Virus record (IMG/VR): IMGVR_UViG_3300020440_001284 | Coordinates: 1 to 38,761 of that record | Length of the DNA: 38,761 nt | From: a virus | Taxonomy: Duplodnaviria > Caudoviricetes | Direction: 5' to 3' (one strand) | In this document: piece by piece, positions 1 to 8,200 of the stretch | Layout: every line of letters starts with the position of its first letter | Position numbering within the stretch: the stretch's first letter is position 1 | Program-made: the position numbers and the translations under genes | The notes under the pieces: generated by a model | Told to the model about the DNA's origin: nothing | The model's database searches: none | The model's input: only the letters and a program-made list of their open reading frames with translations

Positions 1-6
1 TAGGGG

Positions 7-35
7 TTGACATATACATATGTTGACTGTATATT
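7..35 (+). promoter_or_regulatory. sigma70-type (early) promoter
   Basis: TTGACA (7-12), 17-nt spacer, TATATT (30-35); GAGG RBS at 57-60 before the ATG at 66. Confidence 0.75.
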
Positions 36-65
36 ATTAATATAAACTAACAAAGCGAGGGCTAA

Positions 66-413
66 ATGAATATAGAACAATTACACACAGAAGCAACTAC
101 TAACGCAAAGAACGCTGTAGCCAAGTTCCTAAGTGACTGGACAGCTAAGACAGGTGGCAACGAATACGGTGAGCCAATGTACTGTGGCTTTGCTTGGGTA
201 GATGTTAACGTAGGTAGAACTAACAGTGCGTTGGCTAAACAGTTGGCCGCAGTAGGCTTCCGTAAGAGTCATAGAGCTAAGACTATGACACTGTGGGATC
301 CAGCACAGCATAGAGGACAGTCAATGGACTGTAAGGAGCAGGGTGCATATGCTTACGCGGACACACTAAGAGCCGCAGGCATTGAGGCTTCAGCAGGCAG
401 TCGAGCAGACTAA
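66..413 (+). CDS. conserved phage hypothetical protein (CGFAWV motif)
   Basis: 115-aa ORF with its own promoter, RBS and terminator; CGFAWV..QS..KE..A.AYA..L...GI pattern typical of small early phage proteins. Confidence 0.8.
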   Translation: MNIEQLHTEATTNAKNAVAKFLSDWTAKTGGNEYGEPMYCGFAWVDVNVGRTNSALAKQLAAVGFRKSHRAKTMTLWDPAQHRGQSMDCKEQGAYAYADTLRAAGIEASAGSRAD

Positions 414-434
414 TCTAAAATAATAAACAGGATC

Positions 435-466
435 AAGGCGCTTCAGAAATGTTGCGCCTTTTTTCT
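435..466 (+). terminator. intrinsic terminator
   Basis: AAGGCGC (435-441) / GCGCCTT (454-460) stem followed by a T tract, just downstream of the stop at 413. Confidence 0.75.
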
Positions 467-637
467 TGACCGAGGCATCAAGAAATAATTTTTTGAGAGA
501 CCGAGGGGCATATAAGCATTTGATTGCACTTGCTATTTTTGAGCTTAGTGGTGTCAAATCACCACCTCACTTCTATAAGTACTTCATACTAATTTTTTAC
601 GCGGCAATTTTTTTTGGTCTGTAGAACCCATTTCGGG

Positions 638-826
638 CTAGCCTTTGGTAACACACCATGTAAAGTCCCAACCGTCCGGATACACGCCCTGTAGTTCACA
701 ACTGTGTTCTACATAGTCTGTATAGTCGTAAAACAGTTCTGCACAGTAGGTACATTCGCACCATCCCATCTTACGAAAGAACTCACGCTTTACATCATCA
801 TCCTGCATCAGGCGCTCGCATGTCAT
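638..826 (-). CDS. small Cys/His-rich hypothetical protein (possible Zn finger)
   Basis: CECTYC..F..Y..YVEHSC pattern; overlaps the upstream ORF; true start may be the ATG at 808. Confidence 0.5.
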   Translation of the reverse strand: MTCERLMQDDDVKREFFRKMGWCECTYCAELFYDYTDYVEHSCELQGVYPDGWDFTWCVTKG

Positions 827-1079
827 CTAGCATGTGTGGATAGTCATCAAAGAACTCTCTAGGATCAAGTGGATCACAGCCCACAGCTTTAAGTGTAAAC
901 ACGCCCTTTTCTGTAAGCCATATATCACCATTACGGTTAGTTTCTAGGTATCCTTTGTCAAAGTAAGGCTGTAGCAGTTTGAGTGCATCTTTGTGTGTCT
1001 TATCCCAATGTCCGCTCTTTGCTTTTATAATACGCATATAGTCTTCATAGCGTAGATCTTCATCTTCTTTGTACTGCAT
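798..1079 (-). CDS. hypothetical protein, possible winged-helix fragment
   Basis: 93 aa; GAGGAG RBS and TAAATA motif upstream; 'KGYLET..GDIWLTEKG' resembles a wHTH wing. Confidence 0.65.
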   Translation of the reverse strand: MQYKEDEDLRYEDYMRIIKAKSGHWDKTHKDALKLLQPYFDKGYLETNRNGDIWLTEKGVFTLKAVGCDPLDPREFFDDYPHMLDDMRAPDAG

Positions 1080-1348
1080 ACGGTCTCCTCTTTAGTATAT
1101 TTAACAGTGACAGAAGTCTGCTGTTACGATTACGGCACATGCGTTACACACATTAGATAGCTAGTTACACACAGTAAGACACAGTTGTAGCCAAGAGGTA
1201 CAATCACCGCTACCGATTTTTCTGCGAAACACTTCGTGCTTGTTGCGATCTGCGTTACCGCTTCGCGGCTTTTCTGGCGCAAGACCACGTCGTGGCTTCA
1301 GAATGAGTCACCTTGGTAAATACACACATAGCTGTAGGAGAAGAAGTC

Positions 1349-1858
1349 TTGAGTCATACACTACTACTAAATGCAGACGCACAACCAGTCAGCTACCTAC
1401 CACTCAGTGCAATACGTTGGAGAGAAGCAGTCACCTATCTGTGGCTAGACAAAGTCACAGTGTTGGATTGGTACGATGATTGGATCGTACATTCAGCTAG
1501 ATGGGAGACTCGTGTGCCTGCTGTGGTAATGCTCAAAGAGATGCAACGTAGACGATCACGGCCACGCTTTTCAAAAGCCAATGTACACATCAGGGACATG
1601 TACACCTGTCAATACTGTGCAACTCCATACACAAAGAACAATCTAACGTTGGATCATGTGACGCCTATAAGCCTAGGTGGAAAGACTTCATGGACCAACA
1701 TTGTGGTAGCGTGTGGACCTTGTAATGTACGCAAAGGCAACAGAACTGTGATGCGTCCCATACGAGAACCTAGACAGCCTGACTACTACGAGCTGGTAGC
1801 CAATCGCAAACGACTAGACATGCATGTAGCACATCCATCATGGAAAGAATACCTCTAA
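1349..1858 (+). CDS. HNH endonuclease (McrA/HNH_5-like)
   Basis: RD.YTCQYC..LTLDHVTP.S.GG.TSWTNIV.ACGPCN..KG; N-terminal TLLLNAD.QP. Start refined to TTG 1349 after AGGAG (1336-1340). Confidence 0.9.
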   Translation: MSHTLLLNADAQPVSYLPLSAIRWREAVTYLWLDKVTVLDWYDDWIVHSARWETRVPAVVMLKEMQRRRSRPRFSKANVHIRDMYTCQYCATPYTKNNLTLDHVTPISLGGKTSWTNIVVACGPCNVRKGNRTVMRPIREPRQPDYYELVANRKRLDMHVAHPSWKEYL

Positions 1859-2007
1859 AACCTAGTTAAATGCTCTTATAATCACACAAAATCACTTCCG
1901 CAGTACAATGTACCACTTTTCGCCTTATTTGTAATTTAAGAGCCATTTAGGTGGTAAAATCATGCACGACAGACGTCTTAAATGGTGGGTGATTTTGAGG
2001 GTGGAGT

Positions 2008-2781
2008 TTATGTTTTAGGTATAGTATTGCCAGGTTTACGAGCTAGTTCTATCAGCTCAGGCAGTAGTCCTGGGTGTGTGAGTTTGTCACGATGTGTTAG
2101 GAATCCTGTAGCAAAGCCCTGTTCAAGATCCAAAGGCACTCGTTCATCTAGGCTACGCACTATCTTACGTGCAAGCACTGAGTGATTCTCCAGTGTCATG
2201 TGATTGGCTCTAGTGTCAATTGATTGATTGTACCATAGTATCATTTCTTGTTCTGACGTAAACTCTCTATCGCACACACTAAAGGTCATGTTGCCCTTGA
2301 CTGGTATAAGGTCGGTCCACATCATGCTTAAATTGAAACTTGGTATCAGCAGTAGGTGTAGTTCTGATTCGATCTGCTTTACACGTATGCTGTCTATCAT
2401 GTGTTCCATACGCAGTTGATCAATGTCACTACGCTGTAGGTATAACCAGTAGTCCATGATAGCACGATACTTTTCAGGTTCACTCTTTTCTAGTGCTCGA
2501 GCGTCTGGTGTGTCTGTGATACTAGCTAGATTACTTAGGTGCGGTCTATCTTCAAAGAACCATTGGCGTGACGTTTCAGTAGTAAAGAATATTACGATGT
2601 CGCCTGGTTGTTGACGATCGTCACGAAACTGCATAGCACTCCATTCATTAGATGCTCCTGCACACGCTTGATTTACCACTCGGCTTACATCCATCAGTGC
2701 TGACACTTGTCTTTGCCAGCCCCAGTCTACTCGCCAATCTACTGCAAAACTGTCTCCGTATATCCAAAGTGTACGACTCAT
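2008..2781 (-). CDS. SGNH/GDSL-like hydrolase-fold protein
   Basis: N-terminal LWIYGDSF, NQACAGASN block, C-terminal NHMT..NH. Confidence 0.6.
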   Translation of the reverse strand: MSRTLWIYGDSFAVDWRVDWGWQRQVSALMDVSRVVNQACAGASNEWSAMQFRDDRQQPGDIVIFFTTETSRQWFFEDRPHLSNLASITDTPDARALEKSEPEKYRAIMDYWLYLQRSDIDQLRMEHMIDSIRVKQIESELHLLLIPSFNLSMMWTDLIPVKGNMTFSVCDREFTSEQEMILWYNQSIDTRANHMTLENHSVLARKIVRSLDERVPLDLEQGFATGFLTHRDKLTHPGLLPELIELARKPGNTIPKT

Positions 2782-3563
2782 ATTTCTAATTCCACTGTTA
2801 CTGAGTCCATGCCTGAATCTTTACATTTAGCAATCCATTCACCGTCTTGTCCTACGATACCACTAGGTGCCTGCATATGTTCGATAGTTCCTCCCATCAT
2901 ATCTGTACACGCACTTGCTATGACAACATTCATAGAGTTGAGTTTGGCATGCATCTGTAGATGATTTTCATGCCATGTGTATATGATAGGATCAAATTCA
3001 TCTGTAGAACAGTTGGCACTTACAAACATATTGCTACAGCCGTGGTCTGCGTATTTGGTCCATAGATAAGGATCACCATCAGGCGATGCACTTGGGAACG
3101 CCCAAGCATCGTTACATATAAGGGTGCCTGTGCGTGGCCCTGTGCCTGACAGTTCTAGCACACTAGACTCTGTACCCATCATGTAATAGTAGTACTCACC
3201 TAGTCCGTTCTTGGTACGTGTTAGACGTTGTTTATTATATGCACTTACAAGTCTTCCTTCACTGTAGTAACGCACTTGATTGTAGGCAAAGCCATCTTGT
3301 TCGTAGTGTCCTGTACCTAGTGCAAGGTTACGCTTGTTGTCTATTAGATATGTTTCAATCTTGTCTAGTGCAGTAAAGTATTCTTTCTTTTGTTCTTCTG
3401 TACCTTCATGACACACATTAGCACAATATCCACTAAGGCTACCTTCAGGTGTTAGTATCCAATCAGATGTTTTGTGTGTTTCAAGTACATCCATAATACA
3501 TTCAAGATTTTCTTTGATACTTGCAAATACAGGTTGTTGACTAGCTGTTACTGTTTTCATCAT
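2778..3563 (-). CDS. carbon-nitrogen hydrolase (nitrilase superfamily), paralog 2
   Basis: E-K-C triad motifs LTPEGSLSGY / YNKQRL / LICNDAW; start refined by alignment with its paralog (MKTVTASQQPVF vs MKITVSQQPIF). Confidence 0.85.
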   Translation of the reverse strand: MMKTVTASQQPVFASIKENLECIMDVLETHKTSDWILTPEGSLSGYCANVCHEGTEEQKKEYFTALDKIETYLIDNKRNLALGTGHYEQDGFAYNQVRYYSEGRLVSAYNKQRLTRTKNGLGEYYYYMMGTESSVLELSGTGPRTGTLICNDAWAFPSASPDGDPYLWTKYADHGCSNMFVSANCSTDEFDPIIYTWHENHLQMHAKLNSMNVVIASACTDMMGGTIEHMQAPSGIVGQDGEWIAKCKDSGMDSVTVELEI

Positions 3564-4398
3564 CTTCTCGTTTAAATATGTGACTGCTTGATTTTTCAAC
3601 ATGACGTCTTGATTTAATATCTAGATCCACTGTGATACTATCCATACCTGTGTCTTTGCATTTAGCAATCCATTCTCCATCTGGTCCTATTATACCTGTG
3701 CTACATTGTAAGAAGTCTGTCTCTTCATGATCAACAGTGGTAGCACTTCCTGCATGTACTACATACATTGCAAACTCTCTTGCAAAAACTTGTAGATGGT
3801 TTTCATTCCAAACCTTTGCTAGTTCGTCACGTTCTCCGTTACAGTTACTACTTACAAATAAAACATCTACACCTTGCTTTGCAAGTTCAGTATGATAGTA
3901 AGGATTACCATCTGGCGCTACTCTAGGCATGCACCAAAAGTCATTGCATATCATACTAGATGCAAGTATAGTTTCTTCTTTGTCTAACCAAAAATAGTTT
4001 GGTACATAACCAGGTAGATAGTGATGAGTTTCGCCGCCACCTTCCCAACCTCTAGTTAGTATTCTTTTTTTGTATTTGCTAATTAGTTTACCTTCATCAT
4101 TGTATACTAACATAGCATTGTAAGGGTACTGGTCTGTGTCTTTTATACCACTACCTAGTGCTAGATTTATTTTATATTCTGCGGCTTTGTCTTTGATCTT
4201 TAGAATAATATCTTCTACCTGCTGTGTTCTAGCAGTAAAGGTTTGCGTTAGCGTGGGTGGCAAACAATAACCGCTTACAGCACATTCAGGTGTAAGTAAC
4301 CAGTCAGTGTCTTTGTTTGCTTCTAGTACATCTAGTGTGCAAGCATAGTTTTCTAAATGTGATCTAAATATAGGTTGTTGGCTTACTGTAATTTTCAT
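3541..4398 (-). CDS. carbon-nitrogen hydrolase (nitrilase superfamily), paralog 1
   Basis: LTPECAVSGY / KYKKRIL / MICNDFW triad motifs; C-terminal GIIGPDGEWI. Confidence 0.85.
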   Translation of the reverse strand: MKITVSQQPIFRSHLENYACTLDVLEANKDTDWLLTPECAVSGYCLPPTLTQTFTARTQQVEDIILKIKDKAAEYKINLALGSGIKDTDQYPYNAMLVYNDEGKLISKYKKRILTRGWEGGGETHHYLPGYVPNYFWLDKEETILASSMICNDFWCMPRVAPDGNPYYHTELAKQGVDVLFVSSNCNGERDELAKVWNENHLQVFAREFAMYVVHAGSATTVDHEETDFLQCSTGIIGPDGEWIAKCKDTGMDSITVDLDIKSRRHVEKSSSHIFKREDDENSNS

Positions 4399-5087
4399 TT
4401 AAATTTTTTCTTTCTATGGAATATTTTTGAATATGCATCTGATAGGAAAAATTTAAGTGCAGAATGACGTTTGATTGAATTTTCATTTACTTCTAATTCC
4501 ATTTCCCAATCTTCACGTTTGAACGGAATAACTTGTGCTAAAGGTTCACCAGGTTGTAATGTAAATCTATCTTTGAGCATTGATCCAGGCCAATTGTTCC
4601 AAGGCACATCAATTGTATCTGTGTCAATAATAGCAGGAAACAATTTAAATCGATCTTCAAAAAAATAAAAAGGACTCATAATTAAACAACTGTATCCTGG
4701 GGGTGTTTCAATACGCCACGGCACTGAAAATGTTATGTAATCACGTTTATCACCTTCGATGTCTACAGGGCATTGTGAATGTTCGTGTCCTTCTTGCGGT
4801 GCTTGTATTGTCCATCCTTGTGGATATTCTCTTGCAAAGCCTTTTACACCAGGCTCATCAAATCTAGGTGCTACATTAAATTCTTGTTCAACTGGGTTTG
4901 GTACAATGTAACCTCCTTGTATAAGATCATACACAGGCATGCATTTCTTAATAGTAGGATAACTCTGATGCGGTTCGCCAACCCAAGGCTTTAGTTTACT
5001 ATACCATTCGGGTCTCATCTTGCTTGCAGGAACAACAGGAAAGTGTTCTGCTACAGCAGGGTCACCACATATAAATTTAATCTTCAT
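4395..5087 (-). CDS. DUF6065-like / dUTPase-like beta-fold phage protein
   Basis: TIKKCMP..D...GY, PWRIETPPGYSCL..SP, IIDTD, PGEPLAQVIPFKRE; ATGA overlap with the dnaE stop. Confidence 0.6.
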   Translation of the reverse strand: MKIKFICGDPAVAEHFPVVPASKMRPEWYSKLKPWVGEPHQSYPTIKKCMPVYDLIQGGYIVPNPVEQEFNVAPRFDEPGVKGFAREYPQGWTIQAPQEGHEHSQCPVDIEGDKRDYITFSVPWRIETPPGYSCLIMSPFYFFEDRFKLFPAIIDTDTIDVPWNNWPGSMLKDRFTLQPGEPLAQVIPFKREDWEMELEVNENSIKRHSALKFFLSDAYSKIFHRKKKFK

Positions 5088-6712
5088 CGCCACTCCTGAA
5101 ACGTGTAAACATTAGCATCACTACTATCTATATATTCAGAATTGTTGCTCTGCTTGACCCTTCCTGAACCGTGTACAATATCGCCATCTCTATATGCTAC
5201 AGGCTTTTGCACAGTTATATCAATGTATTCGCCATAACCTATACCTAGTGTAAGGAATGTAATCCAGCGTCCTTTGTTACCTTTGTAACATCTACTATTT
5301 GCAATTACACCTGCATACTCTACACGATCTAACCATTGTTGCTTCACACCCAAACGTGGAGGGAAGCCATGCCACCACCAACCACTCTTAGTTGGTACGT
5401 CTAGTCTATGGGCTTCACATTGATATACCCATGAACGATATGACCCTTGACAGTGTTTTAGATTTGCTTTCCAAAACTCTTTTTTGTTATGTGCTTTTTG
5501 ATATGCTAGAGCCCAAATCAATCTGCCTAAGTTTACAGCATGAGCTCTACACAATCCAAACCCTGACAGTTCTTGTAGTGCGGCCATTGCTTCTTGTTTG
5601 CGAGGATGTCCGCCCATTCGTTCTACAAACTCTAGTATCTTCTCGTCATTCTTTTTAGCAAAAGCTCTACGATACATATCAGCTTCGTACATATCTACAC
5701 CAATAATGTCTGAGATAATATCAATAGCATCATCTTCAAACACGATACTATCTTGTACAACTTCCTGTGACCAGTCTTGAAACATAGCGGCCTTTTGTCT
5801 ACCACTCATAGCAACAGGACGTATCATAGCTGTGGCAAAAACACAATCATATACTGACTGTGGTTTGATTGCACGGAAAAGTCTACGCATAGCAGGACTT
5901 TCGCCTTGTGTTACACCTAGTACATCTCCTCTACTTAATAGTTTACTTGTTGCTTCATCGTGTGTAGGATAGTGTTGTAGATCTGTTAGTTCATCTATTT
6001 CAAGTAATTGACTTAGTCCTCTGTTTGCTAGTACATCTAGTTTAAGATGTTCTAAGTCTTCTATCTCATATTTGTCTAACAGTATTTGATTGTCTTGTGA
6101 TATCAAACTCTTTGGCAGTTGTCTATCAAACATAATAATGCCGCCGCAGTGTTTTGAGATAGCACGTTTCTTACCAATTAGTTTCTTTTCAATACGCTTG
6201 GCTTCTACAGGATCAATATCAAAGTCTTCATACTTAAAACTGCGAGGTAGTTTGCCTTTGACTCCTAATCTTTTGGCCGCTTCTTTCTTTGCACTCTTTT
6301 CTCTAAACATTACATAGTTAGATAGACGTGCAGTCTTACCTGGCCATTTTTTAAATATGCGTTCCATAACTTCACCCTGACGCCAATGTTCAAAGTCAAT
6401 GTCTACGTCTGGCAAGTCATCACGCAAAGGGTTCATAAAACGTGCAACAGGTATATTCCATTCTATTGGGTCAACGTCTGTGATGCCCAATAGGTAACAT
6501 ACAAGACTAGAGCCTGCTGAGCCTCTTGTCATATGTTTTAAATCTTTTGTGAGTTCAATTACATCACAAATACGTAAGAAGTATTCTGTGAATCGTTGGT
6601 TAAGGATAAGTTCAAATTCTTCTGCGAGCCTGTTCTTATAATCTTCTCTGTCCGGTATAGGCCTTTTAAATCGATCCAAGAGTAATTGTATGTTTTCTAA
6701 GTCTGTTTTCAT
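5084..6712 (-). CDS. dnaE: reduced DNA polymerase III alpha (DnaE/DnaE2-like), lacking the PHP domain
   Basis: RGSAGSSLVCYLLGITDVDP, RFMNPLR..LPDVDIDFEH, HCGG, KLDVLANRGL, AHA, C-terminal OB-like segment; start refined to ATG 6712 after GGAGG. Confidence 0.9.
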   Translation of the reverse strand: MKTDLENIQLLLDRFKRPIPDREDYKNRLAEEFELILNQRFTEYFLRICDVIELTKDLKHMTRGSAGSSLVCYLLGITDVDPIEWNIPVARFMNPLRDDLPDVDIDFEHWRQGEVMERIFKKWPGKTARLSNYVMFREKSAKKEAAKRLGVKGKLPRSFKYEDFDIDPVEAKRIEKKLIGKKRAISKHCGGIIMFDRQLPKSLISQDNQILLDKYEIEDLEHLKLDVLANRGLSQLLEIDELTDLQHYPTHDEATSKLLSRGDVLGVTQGESPAMRRLFRAIKPQSVYDCVFATAMIRPVAMSGRQKAAMFQDWSQEVVQDSIVFEDDAIDIISDIIGVDMYEADMYRRAFAKKNDEKILEFVERMGGHPRKQEAMAALQELSGFGLCRAHAVNLGRLIWALAYQKAHNKKEFWKANLKHCQGSYRSWVYQCEAHRLDVPTKSGWWWHGFPPRLGVKQQWLDRVEYAGVIANSRCYKGNKGRWITFLTLGIGYGEYIDITVQKPVAYRDGDIVHGSGRVKQSNNSEYIDSSDANVYTFQEWR

Positions 6713-6715
6713 TGT

Positions 6716-6754
6716 AGCCTCCATTTGCCTTGTTGCCTAAGCAAAGTATTTATG
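6716..6754 (-). promoter_or_regulatory. late-type promoter and leader motif shared with the SSB gene
   Basis: CATAAATA (6754-6747), TTAGGCAA (6740-6733), AAGGCAAA (6731-6724), GGAGGCT (6722-6716). Confidence 0.6.
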
Positions 6755-6760
6755 ATTTGG

Positions 6761-8200
6761 CTATTCTTGGTCTTGACCCAGATTGGCTATGAATGATCTT
6801 AGTTTTGTGCTATCTACATCTGCTTTTATCTTACCAACACTGTCGCCTTCTTTAGGATCTGCATTTGGATCTGGTTCTGGTGTTTGGTTCAAACTATTTC
6901 TTTTTAGTCCTTCATAGATAGTAGACTTACGTTTGTTAAATTCTTGATACTCTTCATCATCTGCTAAGTCACGTATACGTAAACTATCAATATCAAACTC
7001 AAGATCAATCTTTTGTCCTACGCCACCACTATTACGTGTCTTCATTAGCTGTAGTTGATATCTACCACGCTCACGCATGGCTCTACTTGTAAAGATACCA
7101 AATACATTATCAGCAGTTTGAATCTTACTCAAGCCACCACTAATATGCGAATGATCAAATTCAATTTCTTCTACTGCACCTCTGTTCAACTGTGCCGCAG
7201 TAACAAATACTGTGTTCAATTCCATTGCTAGATTACGCAGTTCTTCTGATACAAACTTGTCTTTAATATACAAGTTCTCTGCACTTACCTTTGAACCATT
7301 TGGCATAAGCAAGTCTAAGTAATCAATTAATAGTACATCAATCTTCTTGCCTGTTTTGATTTCATACTCTTTAATATAACTCCTTACATCATTAGGAGTC
7401 TTACCACTTGGCATATACTTAACTTGGAATGCACCTGCCTTCTTGCCAATCATCTTAACTTTCATATGTACATCATCAACATCTTTGAAAATGTCTCTGC
7501 TTGGAATATCAGTAGTCATACTATCTACACGCATACTGACTAAGTTCTCACTAAGCTCAAGTGTTAGATATAATACATTCATTCCTGCTAGTGCCCAGTT
7601 TACACCTAAGTTTGCTAAGAACAAACTTTTACCTGCACCACTACCACCTGCAAATATATTCAGTTCACCTCTGTTAAATCCGCCAAACAATTTCTTATCT
7701 ATAGCACTCCAACCTGTGCTTACCTGCCCATTGTTACTTTTGATTGCTTCTAGTCTGGCTTTAGGATCAGCCCAATAGTCTGTGCCTAAATCTTTCTGTA
7801 ATCCAATCTGTACTGCTTTCTTAACCAAGTCTTCAACAGGACCATATTCACCTTTTTCAAGTAAGTCTGCACTCTTAAGTATTGCGGTTTCTAGTGCTTT
7901 GTGTCTACTAAATGTTTCAAACTCTGCAAGTAACCAATCATAGTGTTCTTCTCGCAGTTCACCTGGATTTTTTAAATCATTTTTAGTTGCCGCATTAATC
8001 ATATCAAATGTAGGCAATGCATTATGTTCAGTTACATAAGTGTTTAAGAATGTAGCACTATCTTGCAAGCGTCTATCAAATACACTAGGATCAAATACAG
8101 CCTGACACCTAACAAAAGACTCTGCATCTGTTAGCATCATCTCTAAATAAAGTTTCTGTATATCATATCCGTAATCTGTATTCTGTCTAGTCTTGTCCAT
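6761..8200 (-). CDS. gp41: replicative DNA helicase (T4 gp41/DnaB-like)
   Basis: Walker A AGGSGAGKS, TLELSE, Walker B LLIDYLDL, TAAQLNR, KTRN. Confidence 0.93.
   Translation of the reverse strand: MDKTRQNTDYGYDIQKLYLEMMLTDAESFVRCQAVFDPSVFDRRLQDSATFLNTYVTEHNALPTFDMINAATKNDLKNPGELREEHYDWLLAEFETFSRHKALETAILKSADLLEKGEYGPVEDLVKKAVQIGLQKDLGTDYWADPKARLEAIKSNNGQVSTGWSAIDKKLFGGFNRGELNIFAGGSGAGKSLFLANLGVNWALAGMNVLYLTLELSENLVSMRVDSMTTDIPSRDIFKDVDDVHMKVKMIGKKAGAFQVKYMPSGKTPNDVRSYIKEYEIKTGKKIDVLLIDYLDLLMPNGSKVSAENLYIKDKFVSEELRNLAMELNTVFVTAAQLNRGAVEEIEFDHSHISGGLSKIQTADNVFGIFTSRAMRERGRYQLQLMKTRNSGGVGQKIDLEFDIDSLRIRDLADDEEYQEFNKRKSTIYEGLKRNSLNQTPEPDPNADPKEGDSVGKIKADVDSTKLRSFIANLGQDQE

Noticed and set aside
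1240-1479. 79-aa plus-strand ORF overlapping the HNH gene
   Set aside because: Out of frame with the HNH gene, Arg/Ser-rich, no RBS; the region is better explained by hairpins plus the HNH promoter.
1080-2007. Group I intron carrying the HNH gene
   Set aside because: No interrupted host gene on either side and no recognisable P/Q/R/S core elements.
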